Part shown: positions 12,998-27,839 of the stretch, in pieces
Position numbering within the stretch: position 1 is the first letter of the stretch
Layout of the letters: each line of letters starts with the position of its first letter
Source: Octopus vulgaris
Lineage: Eukaryota
Length of the DNA stretch: 64,000 bases
Assembly (NCBI GenBank): GCA_951406725.2
Contig: OX597815.1
Span: 9,486,001-9,550,000 of the forward strand
Direction of reading: 5' to 3'
Notes under the pieces: model-generated
The model's database searches: none
Told to the model about the DNA's origin: nothing
The model's input: the letters and a program-made list of their open reading frames with translations, nothing else
Position numbers and translations under genes: made by a program

Positions 12998-13061
12998 AAA
13001 AGACACATACCTGCTCACACATAGACACACGCGTAAATATCCTTAATATCCAAATATTTGT

Positions 13062-13300
13062 AGTTGTTGGCATCCTTTTTGTCTCGGGAGACAATGGAGT
13101 TGCGCATAAAGTAGTCTAGTCCGGCTTTTACATTTCATGTCCTGATACATTTCCTGCTGTGGCTGTGTAGTCCTATCCTGGACAAACACTCCCTCTGGCA
13201 GGTACCGCAAATGTAGCGAAGACTGTTCCTGGCTGGTTGTAATGCCATAGTTTCTTGTTGACGTCTCTTCTTGTCTTTCCAGTTCTCCTCTCTCTCTCTG
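13062..13300 (-). mobile_element. RTE LINE 3' end
   Basis: C-terminal Zn finger YICGTCQRECLSRIGLHSHSRKC followed by short stem-loop tail ending in (CAA). Confidence 0.7.
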
Positions 13301-13358
13301 TCACTCCTTTGTATATATCCACATATACGTACATAACTACTCACGAGCATACACACAG

Positions 13359-13395
13359 CACGTGACCTGACGTCATATAGACATCAGATCACGTG
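13359..13395. promoter_or_regulatory. Cluster of E-box (CACGTGAC), full CRE (TGACGTCA) and second E-box (TCACGTG) ~2.8 kb upstream of the antiporter ATG
   Basis: CACGTG 13359-13364, TGACGTCA 13368-13375, CACGTG 13390-13395; function inferred only. Confidence 0.35.
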
Positions 13396-13720
13396 TTTCT
13401 CTAGAACTTTGTTTGCATTTCGTCGCCATCACCGTGTGGTCGTTATTAATGTCATTGCTATTGTATCTATTGTTGTTGTTATTGTTGTTGCTATTATTAT
13501 TACTATTAGCGCTGTTGCAGTTGTAGTTGTTGTTGCCTTAATTACTGTTGCTGGCGATGTTATTGTAATAATAGCTGTTGTTAATTACATTGTTGTTATT
13601 CATTGTAGATGTGACAACATTATTACTTCCATTATTGTTGCTGTTGTTGATGTTCTTGTTCATGGAATTTCTGTTGTTGCTAATGTGGTAGTAATCATTG
13701 AGGTTGTTTTTGCAATTGTT

Positions 13721-14320
13721 GCTGGCAGAATCGTTAGCACGCCGGGCGAAATGCGTAGCAGTATTTCGTCTGCCGCTAGGTTCTGAGTTCAAATTCCGCC
13801 GAGGTCGACTTTGCCTTTCATCCTTTCGGGGGTCGATTAAATAAGTACCAGTTACGCACTGGGGTCGATGTAATCAACTTAATCCGTTTGTCTGTCCTTG
13901 TTTGTCCTCTCTGTGTTTAGCCCCTTGTGGGTAGTAAAGAAATAGGTATTTCGTCCGTCTTTACGTTCTGAGTTCAAATTCCGCCGAGGTCGACTTTGCC
14001 TTTCATCCTTTCTGGGTCGATTAAATTAAGTACCAGTTACGCACTGGGGTCGATATAATCGACTTAATCCGCTTGTCTGTCCTTGTTTGTCCTCTCTGTG
14101 TTTAGCCCCTTGTGGGTAGTAAAGAAATAGGTATTTCGTCTGCCGTTACGTTCTGGGTTCAAAATTCCGCCGAGGACGACTATGCCTTTCATCCTTTCGG
14201 GGTCAATAAATTAAGTACCAGTTATGCACTGGGGGGTCGATGTAATCGACTTAATCCGTTTGTCTGTCCTTGTTTGTCCCTTCTGTGTTTAACTCCTTGT
14301 GGGTAGTAAAGAAATAGGTA
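13721..14320 (+). mobile_element. SINE family B, 3-unit tandem
   Basis: Same gaaataggtatttcgtc junction; flanking attgttgctg duplication. Confidence 0.88.
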
Positions 14321-16160
14321 TTGTTGCTGTAATTACCTGCAAATGACGATGTCATATTCTTGTTGTTGTAATTGCTGCTTCTTGTGTTAATATTGTCATT
14401 AGTCTTGTGCTGCTGTTGACGTAATTATTATTATTGTTGCTGTTGTTGTTGTCATCGTCGTCGTCTTCATTGCTGCAGCCATTGACAGTTTCGTCATCTC
14501 ACTCCCAGTCACCACAACACTCTCTACCTTAATCCACCGGCACGCACCACTCATGCCCCACTCCCCCTCCGAACTCACCACCGGCCACTAATACCAATCC
14601 AGGCCACCCAGACTGCTAAACTCAGTGTCTAACAGGTCTACCCGTTAATTAATTCCGTCTGCTCCGTAAGAAGCACTCATACACACATATGTATGTACAC
14701 GGAACATTCGCAGTTAATCGTAAACACCCATAAGTGCACACACCAACACATATACTATATACATACACACGGACATGTACACTCGTACACATACATATTC
14801 ATACATGCATACACGCTTACATACATACATATATACATATATACATACATGCATGCATACACACACACATACATACATACATACATACATACATACATAC
14901 ATACATACATACATACATACATACATACATGCATACACCATGCCTACATGTAGAACGTAGAGAAGTACATACGTATACATATATATTTCTTTATTACCCA
15001 CAAGGAGCTAAACATAGAGGGGCAAACAAGGACAGACAAAGGGATTAAGTCGATTACGTCGACCCCAGTGCGTAACTGGTACTTTATTTATCGACCCCGA
15101 AAGGATGAAAATACGCGCCCAAGTTTACTGAGATTATTCAGTGGTCATTCGGTCTGCTAGAAATAGCAATCAAATTGCCCTCCATGAGACCCTTCTCACT
15201 GTCTGCATAATCACAGGCGCTGATTAACGGACAGTATCATACATCTGCTCAATAAGGACCGACCCCAGCGCTAAATCACGACCACATGCAAATATTTATA
15301 GTAAATAATTTATACTATTTTATACTATACAGTTACGCACGCAAACTCATAAGCAAATATAGGTGCGTTGATTGACACACATATACTCACACACTTACAC
15401 GCACATATACTCATAGATATACTGATACAAATAGGCACACATACACAAGTTTTGCTAACTGAATAACTAACCGACATTGTGCCGTGGTGGTTTTCACTGA
15501 AATCTTCGTTTAAGATGCAGCGGCATGGAGGTCAACTTTAATGCAAGGTTTAGAACGACGCAACAGGTGGGAGACAAAGAGAGTGGAAGCGGGGAGAGGA
15601 AATTATATTGAGATGGTAGGAGTGATAGGAAGGGGGAAGTAGGAAGGAGTAAAACGTTTAGTGGAGAGAGTGAGGAAAGGAGAGAGAGAGAGAGAGAGAG
15701 AGGGAGATAAAGATAGTTTGAGAGAATGGGAGAAAAAGAGAAGTAGGAGAGGAAGGAGTTAGTTTGAGGAAGTGGGGAGAGAGAAAGATTAAGAGATAGA
15801 GGGGGAGTTAAGTTGAAAGAGTGGGATAAGAGAGACATAGGTAAAGAGATAGGTTGAGAGAGAGAGAGAGAGCGGGGTAGAGAGAGATATATATAGAAAG
15901 AGAGGGGAAATTAGGTTAAAGGGAGTTGGGGGAAAGAGAGGCACAGAACTTTGAAATGCTTCAACTCTTAAGTAGCAGGAATACCTGTCTCGTCTGCCGA
16001 CAGGAAAATTGTATCGAGCTTAACTTTTCTCTCCCTCCTCTCTCTATCTCTCTCCTCCTCCTCCTCCTGCAGCGACACTACCACCACCACCATCATCACC
16101 ACAAACTTCTCTCTTTTGCAACCAAGTTATATCAGATTTTATTTCCGTTTCCTCTATGCG

Positions 16161-16518
16161 ATGGAAACCATCCCCCCCGGAGGTGACACCGAGGAGATGA
16201 TTCCTTCCAAATGGAATCGGTTTAGCCAGCTGACCAGCAACTACAGTAAACCTTTCCAAACGAAATATCATCGACGACCAGATAGATCCGAAAGTTTTCG
16301 TCTCCGGCTCAAGTACGCCTTCTTGTGCCCTCCGCACGGTGAACTCGCTCGCTGGCTCTCCTACATCATATCCCTTGCAGCACTGTGGCTCGTCTGTTTG
16401 GCTATTTCGCCACAACAAGCATTACCTGGTTCCAATGTATTCTCTCTCATTGTGTTATACACCGCTGCAGCACTTGCTGGAAAACTGGTCACCTTCCTTC
16501 GATTACCTTCCATGATAG
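16161..16518 (+). CDS. SLC9B/NHA-type Na+/H+ antiporter (NHA1/NHA2-like), first coding exon
   Basis: ATG at 16161; METIPPGG...FLCPPHGELARW...ALPGSNVFSLIVLY...AGKLVTFLRLPSMIG matches the CPPHG / LPGG(N) / LPPLLG region of SLC9B; strong donor AG|GTAAGT at 16519 (phase 1). Confidence 0.88.
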
Positions 16519-16746
16519 GTAAGTACTACATACATATGCTACTTATACATATGCGCGCGCAAACACGCGAATACATATATTTATACATACATATATATGT
16601 GTGTGTGTGTATGTGTATGTATATGTATGATCTGGTTCTTGACTGAAGATAAAAGGCTTCGAATGACCCGTCCTTGTTTTTTTGTATCGTCTATCTGGAT
16701 GTTTTGTTGTCCCTTTTTGAATCACCTAGTTGTCCGGATGTATTCT

Positions 16747-16802
<56 letters not shown>

Positions 16803-16803
16803 C

Positions 16804-16840
<37 letters not shown>

Positions 16841-16959
16841 AATATCACGGGATCACGGGACCGACCAGACCATCAGATGTTGTTACACATCGCTGGTCAC
16901 AATGCGTTCGCATTGTTTTAGCCTTCAAATGACGCCACCCCGCTGGCTAAGCGAGCAGG

Positions 16960-17006
<47 letters not shown>

Positions 17007-17683
17007 GCTTTTACAATCTATGCATTTACACGCATATTAACAACGATTTAGTGCCGAGAGCCGAGTCAAAAGATTGTTGGAAACCATATCGTATCTGTCT
17101 GCGTGCGTGTGTGTGTAGTAAAGTTTATTTGCCAACATAATGTGGTAGTCCTGACTAGGACTATGTTACTACATTTTAACCCCAGGAAAACATTTTTTGC
17201 AACTGGTTTATCTATGCATGATCTGTGTCCTGGACATGCTGTAAGCAACGGGGGCTCACTGCTCCCTTCTTCTAGCCGTTGGCATTACGCGCGTGCACAC
17301 ACACACATACACACCATTCTACCATTCTTTGTGTATGGATGTATTTGTGTGTGTGTGTATGTGTGTATCTGCAATGCACTTTGCGTCAATTTCGACGTCG
17401 TGCGAGCGTCCAGTTTGTTCGATCAATTGAACAACACGATCGTTGAATTCCCGTGACTTTGTATTCCACACTGTGAACACATTTCTCATGTAGAATCAGC
17501 GTGATACGCAGTTGTCAGTCCGACAGGTTTCTGTCTACTCGAATTCGCTCACAAGGCTCCTGCTGATCCGAACTATGGTAAAAGCACTTTACCATAGCAG
17601 TCGGATCAAACCCAGGACCTTGTAATTGAGAAGCAAAATTCTAAGCCACTCAGCCAGCCGCCAGACAGACAGACAAGCAGATA

Positions 17684-17802
<119 letters not shown>

Positions 17803-17851
17803 GGATGGATGGATGGATGGATGGATGGATGGATGGATGGATGGATGGATG

Positions 17852-17913
<62 letters not shown>

Positions 17914-19845
17914 CGCATACACACACACTTATATAACTGAAATTTGCCTTCCAGTCAGAGCAAGAAAATTTGTAGCGAAACTCGAAAGGAAGGGAGATAA
18001 TTTCAAGAAGTTTAGAATTAATCAAAATTAATTCGCCTGTTTATTGAAAGGACAGGACTGTCTGATCCTTGATTACAAATAAGGAAAATCACGAACATTG
18101 TATAATTTAGTCTGTGTGCAATTCAGTGGAAAAGAATTTTCCTTTACAACGTCGTGGTTCCAGGTTCGACCAAATAGCTTCTGAGCAATTCAATACTTTG
18201 TAAGTGGAATATGGTAATCTGGCAACCGCACAGAATCGCATCGTGCATATTGTTTTGCTTAACCAGTCAGGTTTGAATAAGCCGAAAAACGATCATACAC
18301 TTACTAAAACGAAGTCTTCCTATTAACTTGATGTCCAGTGTTACAAGCCCAATGAATTTGGAACAATTTCCAAAAAAAGTTGTCTACTAATTTACACAGA
18401 TCCAAATCTTTCTTCCTAAACATTCGCGTATTCTTATGGTTCCTTATTACCTCTACCAGTTGATTCGATAATAATTTAATTATCGTTCACTGTATAGCGA
18501 TGATGATGCGGATCAACTGTGCGCCGGGGGAAGAAATCCTGAACAGTTAAATATTCATTAAATATTTTGCTTTTTGTATTTGGTTTTGCAAGATTCTTGA
18601 TGTGAACTCGTGTGTTGAAGCATATTCTGTTGTATGTCCGGAGGATGAGTATTCCAGTAATAAACACACGCACTAGTTCTGTTTCACTTCTTTATTTGTA
18701 TCTGTTATTCGTCGCTTAACCATTCAACAATTAACAAATCGATTGCTTGATCAATCGCTCGGTCGATCAGTCAATCAGCCAGGTTTGTCAAGGACCTTTC
18801 GTTGTCATCCACGACTTTGCTATTGACATGACTTTTTTTTACCTTCTTATCTAGGTCTGCTTCAGGTTTGTCTGCCTGTTTCAATCAATTAGTTAATTGG
18901 TTAAACAGTTAACCAATTAATAAATAAGAATGAAAAGTGAATGCAATTAAAAATAAGGCGAAAACTTTTAAATTATAAATAAAGTGGAAGGATACAAAAA
19001 TAAACATTATTTTCCATCTTATTGTGAATTTGGTTTCATTTTGAGAAAATAGAAAATATTTTATGGTTTAATATTAAATTACATATATATGGGGCACTAA
19101 AATCTTGTGAGTGCTTAGGGTCTTTATGGGCATTAATCCGGGCCTGTATGTAAGTATCGCTCCTTAACGTTTTGCTTCGGTCAGTTTTTGAAACTGGCTG
19201 CGGGTTTGACGGTGACGGCTGGAGCGTGTTTGAGTATACGTCTGTTGCATTAGGGTTGATCTGGAACTAAAAAAACCACCTCAGCACAAACTGCAATAAT
19301 CTCTGTGATTAACATCAACACTATCACTATAGGCTATCTATAAGGCTTTTTGATTTGCAAGAAACGGCAAAGGAATCTCCGTCAAATCCAGCCATTAAAA
19401 AAAAAGAGAAAACACGAATTAAATAATGCAATCCTAAGATTTACTGTGTCGAGAAGAAAAAGGAATGGTCAGGATTGAAACATCTTTTATCATAGGTCTT
19501 CAAAATGAACAAGATACACAACATCATCATCCTCATCATCAACTACTACTACTACTACTACTACTACTACGACTACTGCCACTACTACCACTACTACTGC
19601 TGCTGCTGCTGCTGCTGTTGTTGTTGCTGTTGTTGTTGTTAAGCAACAAGACGGGTAAGGGTGATTAGGTGATGGTCTAGGGTTTAGGGGCGGGAGACCC
19701 CAGACCTTGGGGGAGAAAAAAACTTTGGTTGTCTTGTTGTAGTCGAGGGCTCTTCGTTGACGCCCGACACCACTGGGAGGTGGCTCTCGTAGTCGCTGGA
19801 AATGGAGATCTCCAGGTCCAAATTCTTGGACGGCTGCTGCTGCTG

Positions 19846-19881
<36 letters not shown>

Positions 19882-20416
19882 ATCTACTACCACTACCATC
19901 ACCATCACCACCACCACCACTACAATTTATTCTAATGCGTGTATGAAAAAGTTACACATCAAGGGCATTGAAGTACCTTTGTATTGTGTTGCTGTTAAAC
20001 CCCAAGTCAACTCGGATCGATCAATGCTGAAAGACATTCTAGCTCTGACCATTTTGTCTCTTAAAATATATCTAAGATTACATCAACAGTTTCTTTACGT
20101 TTTTCTTAAAGATGGCAGTATGTGACTTGAGGGAGATTTGGCTGTTATTCTAACAAAGACGAACGCCATGGTGGAGTCTCTGTGAAAGATGCCTCGTAAA
20201 TGCTTAGCTGTGTAAAGTAATCGTGTTAAAATAGATTAATCTATTTATGCATCGCTAATACGATATTAGTCATGATATTTCCGTTCAATAGTTCACTAGA
20301 GATAAGATGTTACATCGCCAAACCATTATTATTTCAAATTAGAAACCATTACATTATGCATTCTTATCCAATTTGATTTCACACACTTAGTCACACACAC
20401 ACACACACATACGCAA

Positions 20417-20452
<36 letters not shown>

Positions 20453-20572
20453 TGTATGTATGTATGTATGTATGTATGTATGTATGTATGTATGTATGTA
20501 TGTGTGTGTGTTTATGTATATGTATACATGCATACATACACATATATATATATATATGTATATATATGTGTG

Positions 20573-20620
<48 letters not shown>

Positions 20621-20680
20621 GTACATATATGTATATACATATATGTATATATATATATATGTATATATAAATATATATAT

Positions 20681-20711
<31 letters not shown>

Positions 20712-20753
20712 TGTATATATATATATGTATATATAAATATATGTACATATATA

Positions 20754-20811
<58 letters not shown>

Positions 20812-20999
20812 CGGTTAAGATATTATACTTAGCCAAATATATATTATATATGCATAGTAATACAGAATATGAGAAACATGTAGCCTACGAGATATTAACT
20901 TCACACACCCATTGCCAATATTATAATACACAGAGCTAATATCATATAAGACATTAAATTTGCACAAATATAAGTTCTGATAATTTGTATGAATATAGT

Positions 21000-21560
21000 G
21001 TCCTTTGGTGCTCGTTGGATGTTAGCAGCAGCAGATGATTAGATGTTCGTAGACGGGGAAAGGAAGCAGACGATGCCATCAGATATGAGAGACACCACTA
21101 TGAAACCTGGGTCTCAACAACGAACCTGATCTAGTTCTTGTGTCAAGGACTCAAGGCTGTGTAATCATCATAGATTTGTCAGAAATGTAGAAACGAAAAT
21201 GAAAGAAGCGAGAGGTAGAAAGACGGTGCGGGAAAATAGACAAAGTTAATAGAAGAGTGCAAAGAAAATGGACGGAGAGTGGAGCTGTGAACGAGGGAGG
21301 TCGAGTGTAGAAGCATCGGGAGGTTTGCGTTCAAGAGATGGATTCTGGTTTTGGCAGTGTTTGGACGTGAAGTGGAAGGGTAGATGAAGCTGATTCTTTG
21401 GGCAGCAGAGGCTGGTTCATGCTGAGAAGTTTGTAAGCAATACGGAATGTGACACCGACCAATCAAATGGAGATGTATTTAAAAGGCCGAAACATAGATG
21501 AGATGTGAAGTAGTGCTGATGATCCGCCTGTATCAGCAGCAAGAGACATCGTCCTCAATT
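21000..21560 (+). mobile_element. Decayed HERO-like REL LINE 3' end
   Basis: Remnants of PDLVLVS and LIEECKENG.RV....EV.CR in broken frames. Confidence 0.5.
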
Positions 21561-21991
21561 CTCTACACATGCAGTCAACATAGGATTGAACAGACATAGT
21601 ATATGAACAACATACATAATTCATATCGTAAAATAAAATCTTACTGTAGCATATTACAATATATAGAGAATGTGGAGAACTAACAGAATCAATAGACTGA
21701 CAAATAAAATATATGATAGTATTTAGTTACGGCCCTTTACATTTTGAGTTCAAATCCCGCCAGAATTACCGTGGTCTAAACAACTCTTATTTATTCCTCA
21801 AATGTGTGTTTTTTGCTGCCTTCGTTAGAAATCAATTTAATAATATGCTTTTACACACACACTCACACACACACACACACACACATACAGGCATAGATTG
21901 TGTAGATAGAGGTGAAAACGTTTCTATTGCCGGTCGGGATTCATTCTAGCCCCAAGGTAAAGTCTTGTTTTGATTTCTCTCTGTAGGAATA

Positions 21992-22056
21992 TTTCCACTG
22001 ACGAGGCGAATGGGTCCCTTAAGTGATCCCTAACGCCGAAATCGCAATAGGGAATT
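21992..22056 (+). ncRNA. Putative type I hammerhead ribozyme in a repeat upstream of a (TA)n tract
   Basis: ttcca-CTGACGA-ggcg...cgcc-GAAA-tcgcaa-TA-gggaa; canonical core, 4-bp GC helix II base, short helix III. Confidence 0.6.
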
Positions 22057-22340
22057 AACCAATTGTTTTCAAGTTGTAGATTCTATTTACCATTGTCACC
22101 CGAAGACATGGTAAATTTTTATCGTGAGGAGAAATATAGCAGTATTGGCTGCTATTTTTAACTGTAAGGGGTTCTTAACCCTCTTAGTTTTAATTGTGAC
22201 TTGCTCATAATTATAAAGGTTTTTTCTTCATTTTTTATGATAACATGTTTGGCCATTGATATATTCATAAATAATCTTAATCATTTATTACAATAATCAT
22301 TACAATATTATCCTTCGTAATGTTTTTATATTACTCTCTA

Positions 22341-22414
<74 letters not shown>

Positions 22415-22415
<1 letters not shown>

Positions 22416-23629
22416 GAGGTTTGATAAAAATAATATAGGGACTGGTGCTATAAAAAGAAAACTACGAGGGGTTTCCATTAAAAATTTCACCTGGCCCATT
22501 TTCGGTTATTGTAGGAAATGGAACTTGTACATGTGTACAGGTATAATCATACGTCTCTATATGTCACATTGTAAATTGTAGCTTTCCACTCGCATTCGTT
22601 TGTCTTTTGCGGCCGCTGAAGTGGATTAAGGTGTTATGAAGGAAGCAGTTGAGTGCAGATCAGTGATCAGGTTCTTATACTTGAAAGGTAGTACACCAAA
22701 GGAGACTTTCGATGAGATGAAAGAAGTTTATGGCGACGATGCACCCTCATACGACGTAATCAAGCACTTGCATCGCCAGTTCAAATGTGATCGGACATCG
22801 GTGGAAACTGCTCCTGTTCCTGGACGACTATATTCCGCCATTGATGACGACACCATCCATAAAGTGGAAGCCGCCATTTTGGAGGGTCATCGCAAAAAAC
22901 TATTCAGCAACTAGCCCAAGAAGTGAAGATAAGTGTAGGGTCCATGGAAAATATCATTCACGACCATTTGCACATGCGGAAGTTGTCTGCACGATGGATT
23001 CCCCGGATGCTCATACCTTTCCAGAAGCAGGAACGAGTCAATTGCTCTCAGGTTCTTTTGGCAATGTGCCAAGAAAACCAGGAGGACTTTTATCATACAG
23101 GATGATACATGGGTCCATCACTATGATCCCGAGACTAAAGTCCAGTAGTGTCAACAGAAGCATGATAACTCACCAACTCCAAAGAAGGCTCGTGTCCAAC
23201 CCTCAGCAGGCAAGGTGAAGCTCAGTCTTTTGGGACCAGCGCGGAATAGTGATGATGGATTTTCTGGCAAAGGACACCACAATTAAAGGGGCATATTATA
23301 CTTCTCTGCTGCAGAAATTTCGGGATGCCATCGAAGTGGAGAGGAGTGGCATGCTGACCAAAAGTGTCTGCCTTCCTCCAAGACAACGTCCCAGTTTAGA
23401 ATGCGCATGTTGCTCAGATGAAAGCACACTCCTGCGGTAATGAAATCCTTCCTCTTCCTCTTTACTCTCCCGACCTCGCACTACTATAAACAACGGAAGT
23501 GAGCGAGAACGTTATAACAGTGTGCTTACGCTACAGAATCCAAGGTCAATCTGTGCAAAGCAGCTTCGCTTTGCATATTTCAAGCTCCGTTACCATAGCA
23601 ACAGTCCCGATACATTTGATCAGACCTCG
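22415..23629 (+). mobile_element. Mariner transposon, near full length, transposase pseudogene (22636 to ~23480)
   Basis: TA-flanked imperfect TIRs cgaggtttgataaaa / tttgatcagacctcg; RSVIRFLYLKG HTH, ARWIPRML (WVPHEL), TGDDTWVHHYDPETK, YSPDLA; frameshifts. Confidence 0.92.
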
Positions 23630-23665
23630 TATGTGGGCGTGTGTACGTGCGTGTATATATGTGTG

Positions 23666-23825
<160 letters not shown>

Positions 23826-23940
23826 TTGATTTCAGGTTTTGGCGCAAGGGGTAAGTCGGTAATATCGGATAATCCATTGGATGCTTGCAGACCAAAAGTT
23901 CGGAGTCACAGTCAAGAATATTGTAAAAGAATAATAAATT

Positions 23941-23990
<50 letters not shown>

Positions 23991-24567
23991 CGTGCGTGCG
24001 TGACTGTTGTGTATATCCGCTGCCGCCACCCCTATCTCTAAATCGACTCCTAATTGCCTCTATGCCAGAGTGCATTCTGTTGGCCTGTCCATGTTTCCAG
24101 TCTTGCAGATTATTCCATATTCCTGATGTATCACTTCCTACTGCTGCAAATGTATGAGTCACGATTTTCTTCGTCTCTTCCACCCCCCCCCACCCCCAAC
24201 TCCCACAAATCTTAGAGACCTTACAAAATTTTACGGTTCTGTTTCCATTCCTCTTGTGACTGCGTCATAAAAATAAACAGTCAATCAGATATCATTTTCA
24301 CGGCCAGTATCCAACATGATATTCTGCACTCTTTACAACATTACATACACATTGACAGTGGTATATCATATTCATATTTATAGTCAATACACATGACAAC
24401 ACAATGGTGTTGCAATTATAACCATTAAAATACACTCATGACCAATATGATATTACACACTCGTGGTAAATATGAAATTCTATACCCATTCACACATGGT
24501 TAATCACAAAACATGTACAACCATTATTTTCCTCTTTTCTTGTAATTTCTTTCAGCAGTAACAGCAA

Positions 24568-25380
<813 letters not shown>

Positions 25381-25381
25381 T

Positions 25382-26480
25382 AGACGTTGCACAGCATCTA
25401 ATATCGGGATGTTGTTGATTGAAGACTTTGTGTTTACCGGGGGTTTGTGCTGTCCTGTTAAGTCACAACAAGGACCTCAGACAGCCAGTACTTTACCGAA
25501 TATGCGTGCAGTTCCATGTAATGCCGATTTTTTTTTTTTTTTTTTTAGGTTGGGTGGTATTGAACCTAATGCTCCGATGACAATAAGAACAACCTTTATG
25601 TTTGACTCTCGTAGCTGCCATATCTCAGGTCTCCACATTTATCAAACTTTTCTCTTCCATGTTGATATGATGGTCTCTTGTGACTGCCACGTCGATTATT
25701 AGGCACTCTTGTTTGTCCCTCCTAAAGGCTATTATATCCGGCCTTCGGTGCTCTAGCACCTTGTGTGTTTGGAAGTCAAAGTCCCAAACGATTTTTGCCT
25801 TCCCCATTCGTCCATTACATTTTCCGATGTGGAAGCACTCCGTCGGTTACGACGACGAGGGTTCCGGTTGATCCGAATCAACGGAACAGCCTGCTCGTGA
25901 AATTAACGTGTAAGTGGCTGAGCACTCCACAGACACGTTTACCCTTAACGTAGTTCTCGGGGATATTCAACTTGACACAGAGAGTGACAAGGCTCGGCCC
26001 TTTGAAGTACAGGTACAACAGAAACAGGAAGTAAGAGTGAGAGAAAGTTGTGGTGAAAGAGTACAGCAGGGATCACCACCATCTCCTGCCGGAGCCTCGT
26101 GGAGCTTTAGGTGTTTTCACTCAATAAACACTCACAACGCCCGGTCTGGGAATCGAAACCGCGATCCTACTACCGCGAGTCCGCTGCCCTAACCACTGGG
26201 CCATTGCACCTCCACTAATTTTTCCGATGTATGTTGGTACCAAGCAGCCGTTACCTCATATCCATACTTCCGGCATAGAATCCAGTGAAGGTTTGGGGCT
26301 ACCTTGTGAGTCACGCTTTCAACCCTCTTCCCACACGTTCTGAAGAGGTTTGTTGCACTTGTGTTGTATATATCCATTTTCACTGAGTTGGTATTCAATG
26401 CCTAATTCTGAGCAGCGATGATTAGGCTTTCAATATTCTTTTTTAGGCCATCCTTGTTGTGCCAATTCTAAGATGCTTCC
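25382..26480 (-). mobile_element. Second R4/Dong-like LINE 3' fragment, opposite orientation, interrupted by a SINE
   Basis: IVWDFDFQT...RPDII...IIDVAV and LHWILCRKYG...WYQH on the minus strand; followed by long (TAA)n. Confidence 0.8.
25831..26213 (-). mobile_element. tRNA-derived SINE family C inserted in a LINE
   Basis: Head tggcccagtggttagggcagcgg...ggtttcgattccc; duplication ttttccgatgt on both sides. Confidence 0.85.
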
Positions 26481-26489
26481 TGGTCTTTT

Positions 26490-27839
26490 AATTTGTTAGT
26501 TTCTACGATGGGGATGAGACGAGGAAATTTGTCAAGTGGTGAAATGATGAAGGCAATTCAACCTCAGTACAGTTATAAATGCCTGAGAATACTTGAAACA
26601 GATGGAATCAAACACCACGAAAATGAAGGAAAAGACAAAAAGAGAGTATCTGTGGCGAGTGAGAAAAATATTGGCTTCAAAGCTAAATGCCATGAAACAT
26701 TTCGGCAATAAATTCGCGCGCAGTCGCAGTACTATGGTTTGTCATTGAAGAGAGAAGGAGCTAAAGGAGAAAGGCAGGAAGTCAAGAATGCTCCTAACGA
26801 TGCATGGAGCTCATCATCCACGTGCAGACACTGATCGCCTATACATGAAGAGAGCAAATGAAGGAAGGGGACTGATAAGTGTGGTAGACTGCGTGCGTAT
26901 CGAACTCGAGTGCTTAATAAGATAACTAGACTAAGGTAAGGAAACCTTGTTAGTGACATTTAGGAACGAGGGAGTATTGAGAGCAGAGAAAAGAAGGGAA
27001 AAACAAAGGAAGATGTACATAAAGGACATGAAGAAGAATTTCGCAAGAACTACACAATCAATTCTATACGACCACAACAGAAGTTGCTGGAAAAAATAGG
27101 TGGTATTGGCTGATGAAAGGAACCTTAAAAAAGAGGCCGAGAGCATTATACTGGCCGTACAAGACCAAGCCACGAACTGGAGGGTCAGCCTTAAGAATGA
27201 GCAAGTGTCTCCGCTGTACTGCATCTGCAATAGAGTGGATGAAACCATTGCCCATATCACGAAAGAATGCCCTAGACTTGCCCAAAACCACTACAAGGTG
27301 TGGCAACACGACCAGGTGGCGAAAGTGCTCCAGTAGAAACTGTGTGAAAATTAGGGGCTAGAGAGAGGTAAGACGTGGTATGAGCACAAACCGCAGTGTG
27401 TGGCGGAGTCGGAGACTTGTAAAATCCTCTGGGATTTCCCAATCCCAACAGATCAGGTTCTAGAGCATAACAGACCGGACCTAGTGATGGTGGACAAGGT
27501 GCACCACATATGCTATATAGTCGATGTTGCATGCCCCTTTGCCACACGAATAGTCAAGAAGGAAGGCAAAAAGATAGATAGATCCAACCCTCTTAAATAC
27601 GAAATAGCCCGGCTATGGAAAATGAAGAAAGTGAAGATAGTGCCAATTATTGTTGGGTCCTTGGGAACAGAATCAGAAGGCTTCAAGAGGATATATAAAG
27701 GAAACTGGAATAGAGTACCCAGTAGAACTGTTACAAAAGGTTTGGCTCCGTGGCACGGCCAAAATAATCAGGAAAGTATTGCAGAGCTGAAAACGTATAG
27801 CATGGTACCGTAGGCTGCAATAACAACTGTGATAAAAAG

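Noticed and set aside
13409-13786. Hydrophobic 125-aa ORF resembling a membrane protein
   Set aside because: Degenerate (GTT/ATT)n repeat running into a SINE
16116-16646. Full 176-aa ORF as a single-exon protein
   Set aside because: Homology stops at the GTAAGT donor (16519); the remainder is intron and the listed start is not ATG
16640-16675. CTGAAGA...GAAT hammerhead-like string
   Set aside because: Second box and helices not convincing
18855-18865. Possible 11-nt micro-exon (tag|gtctgcttcag|gtttgt)
   Set aside because: Would shift the frame and the two main exons already join seamlessly
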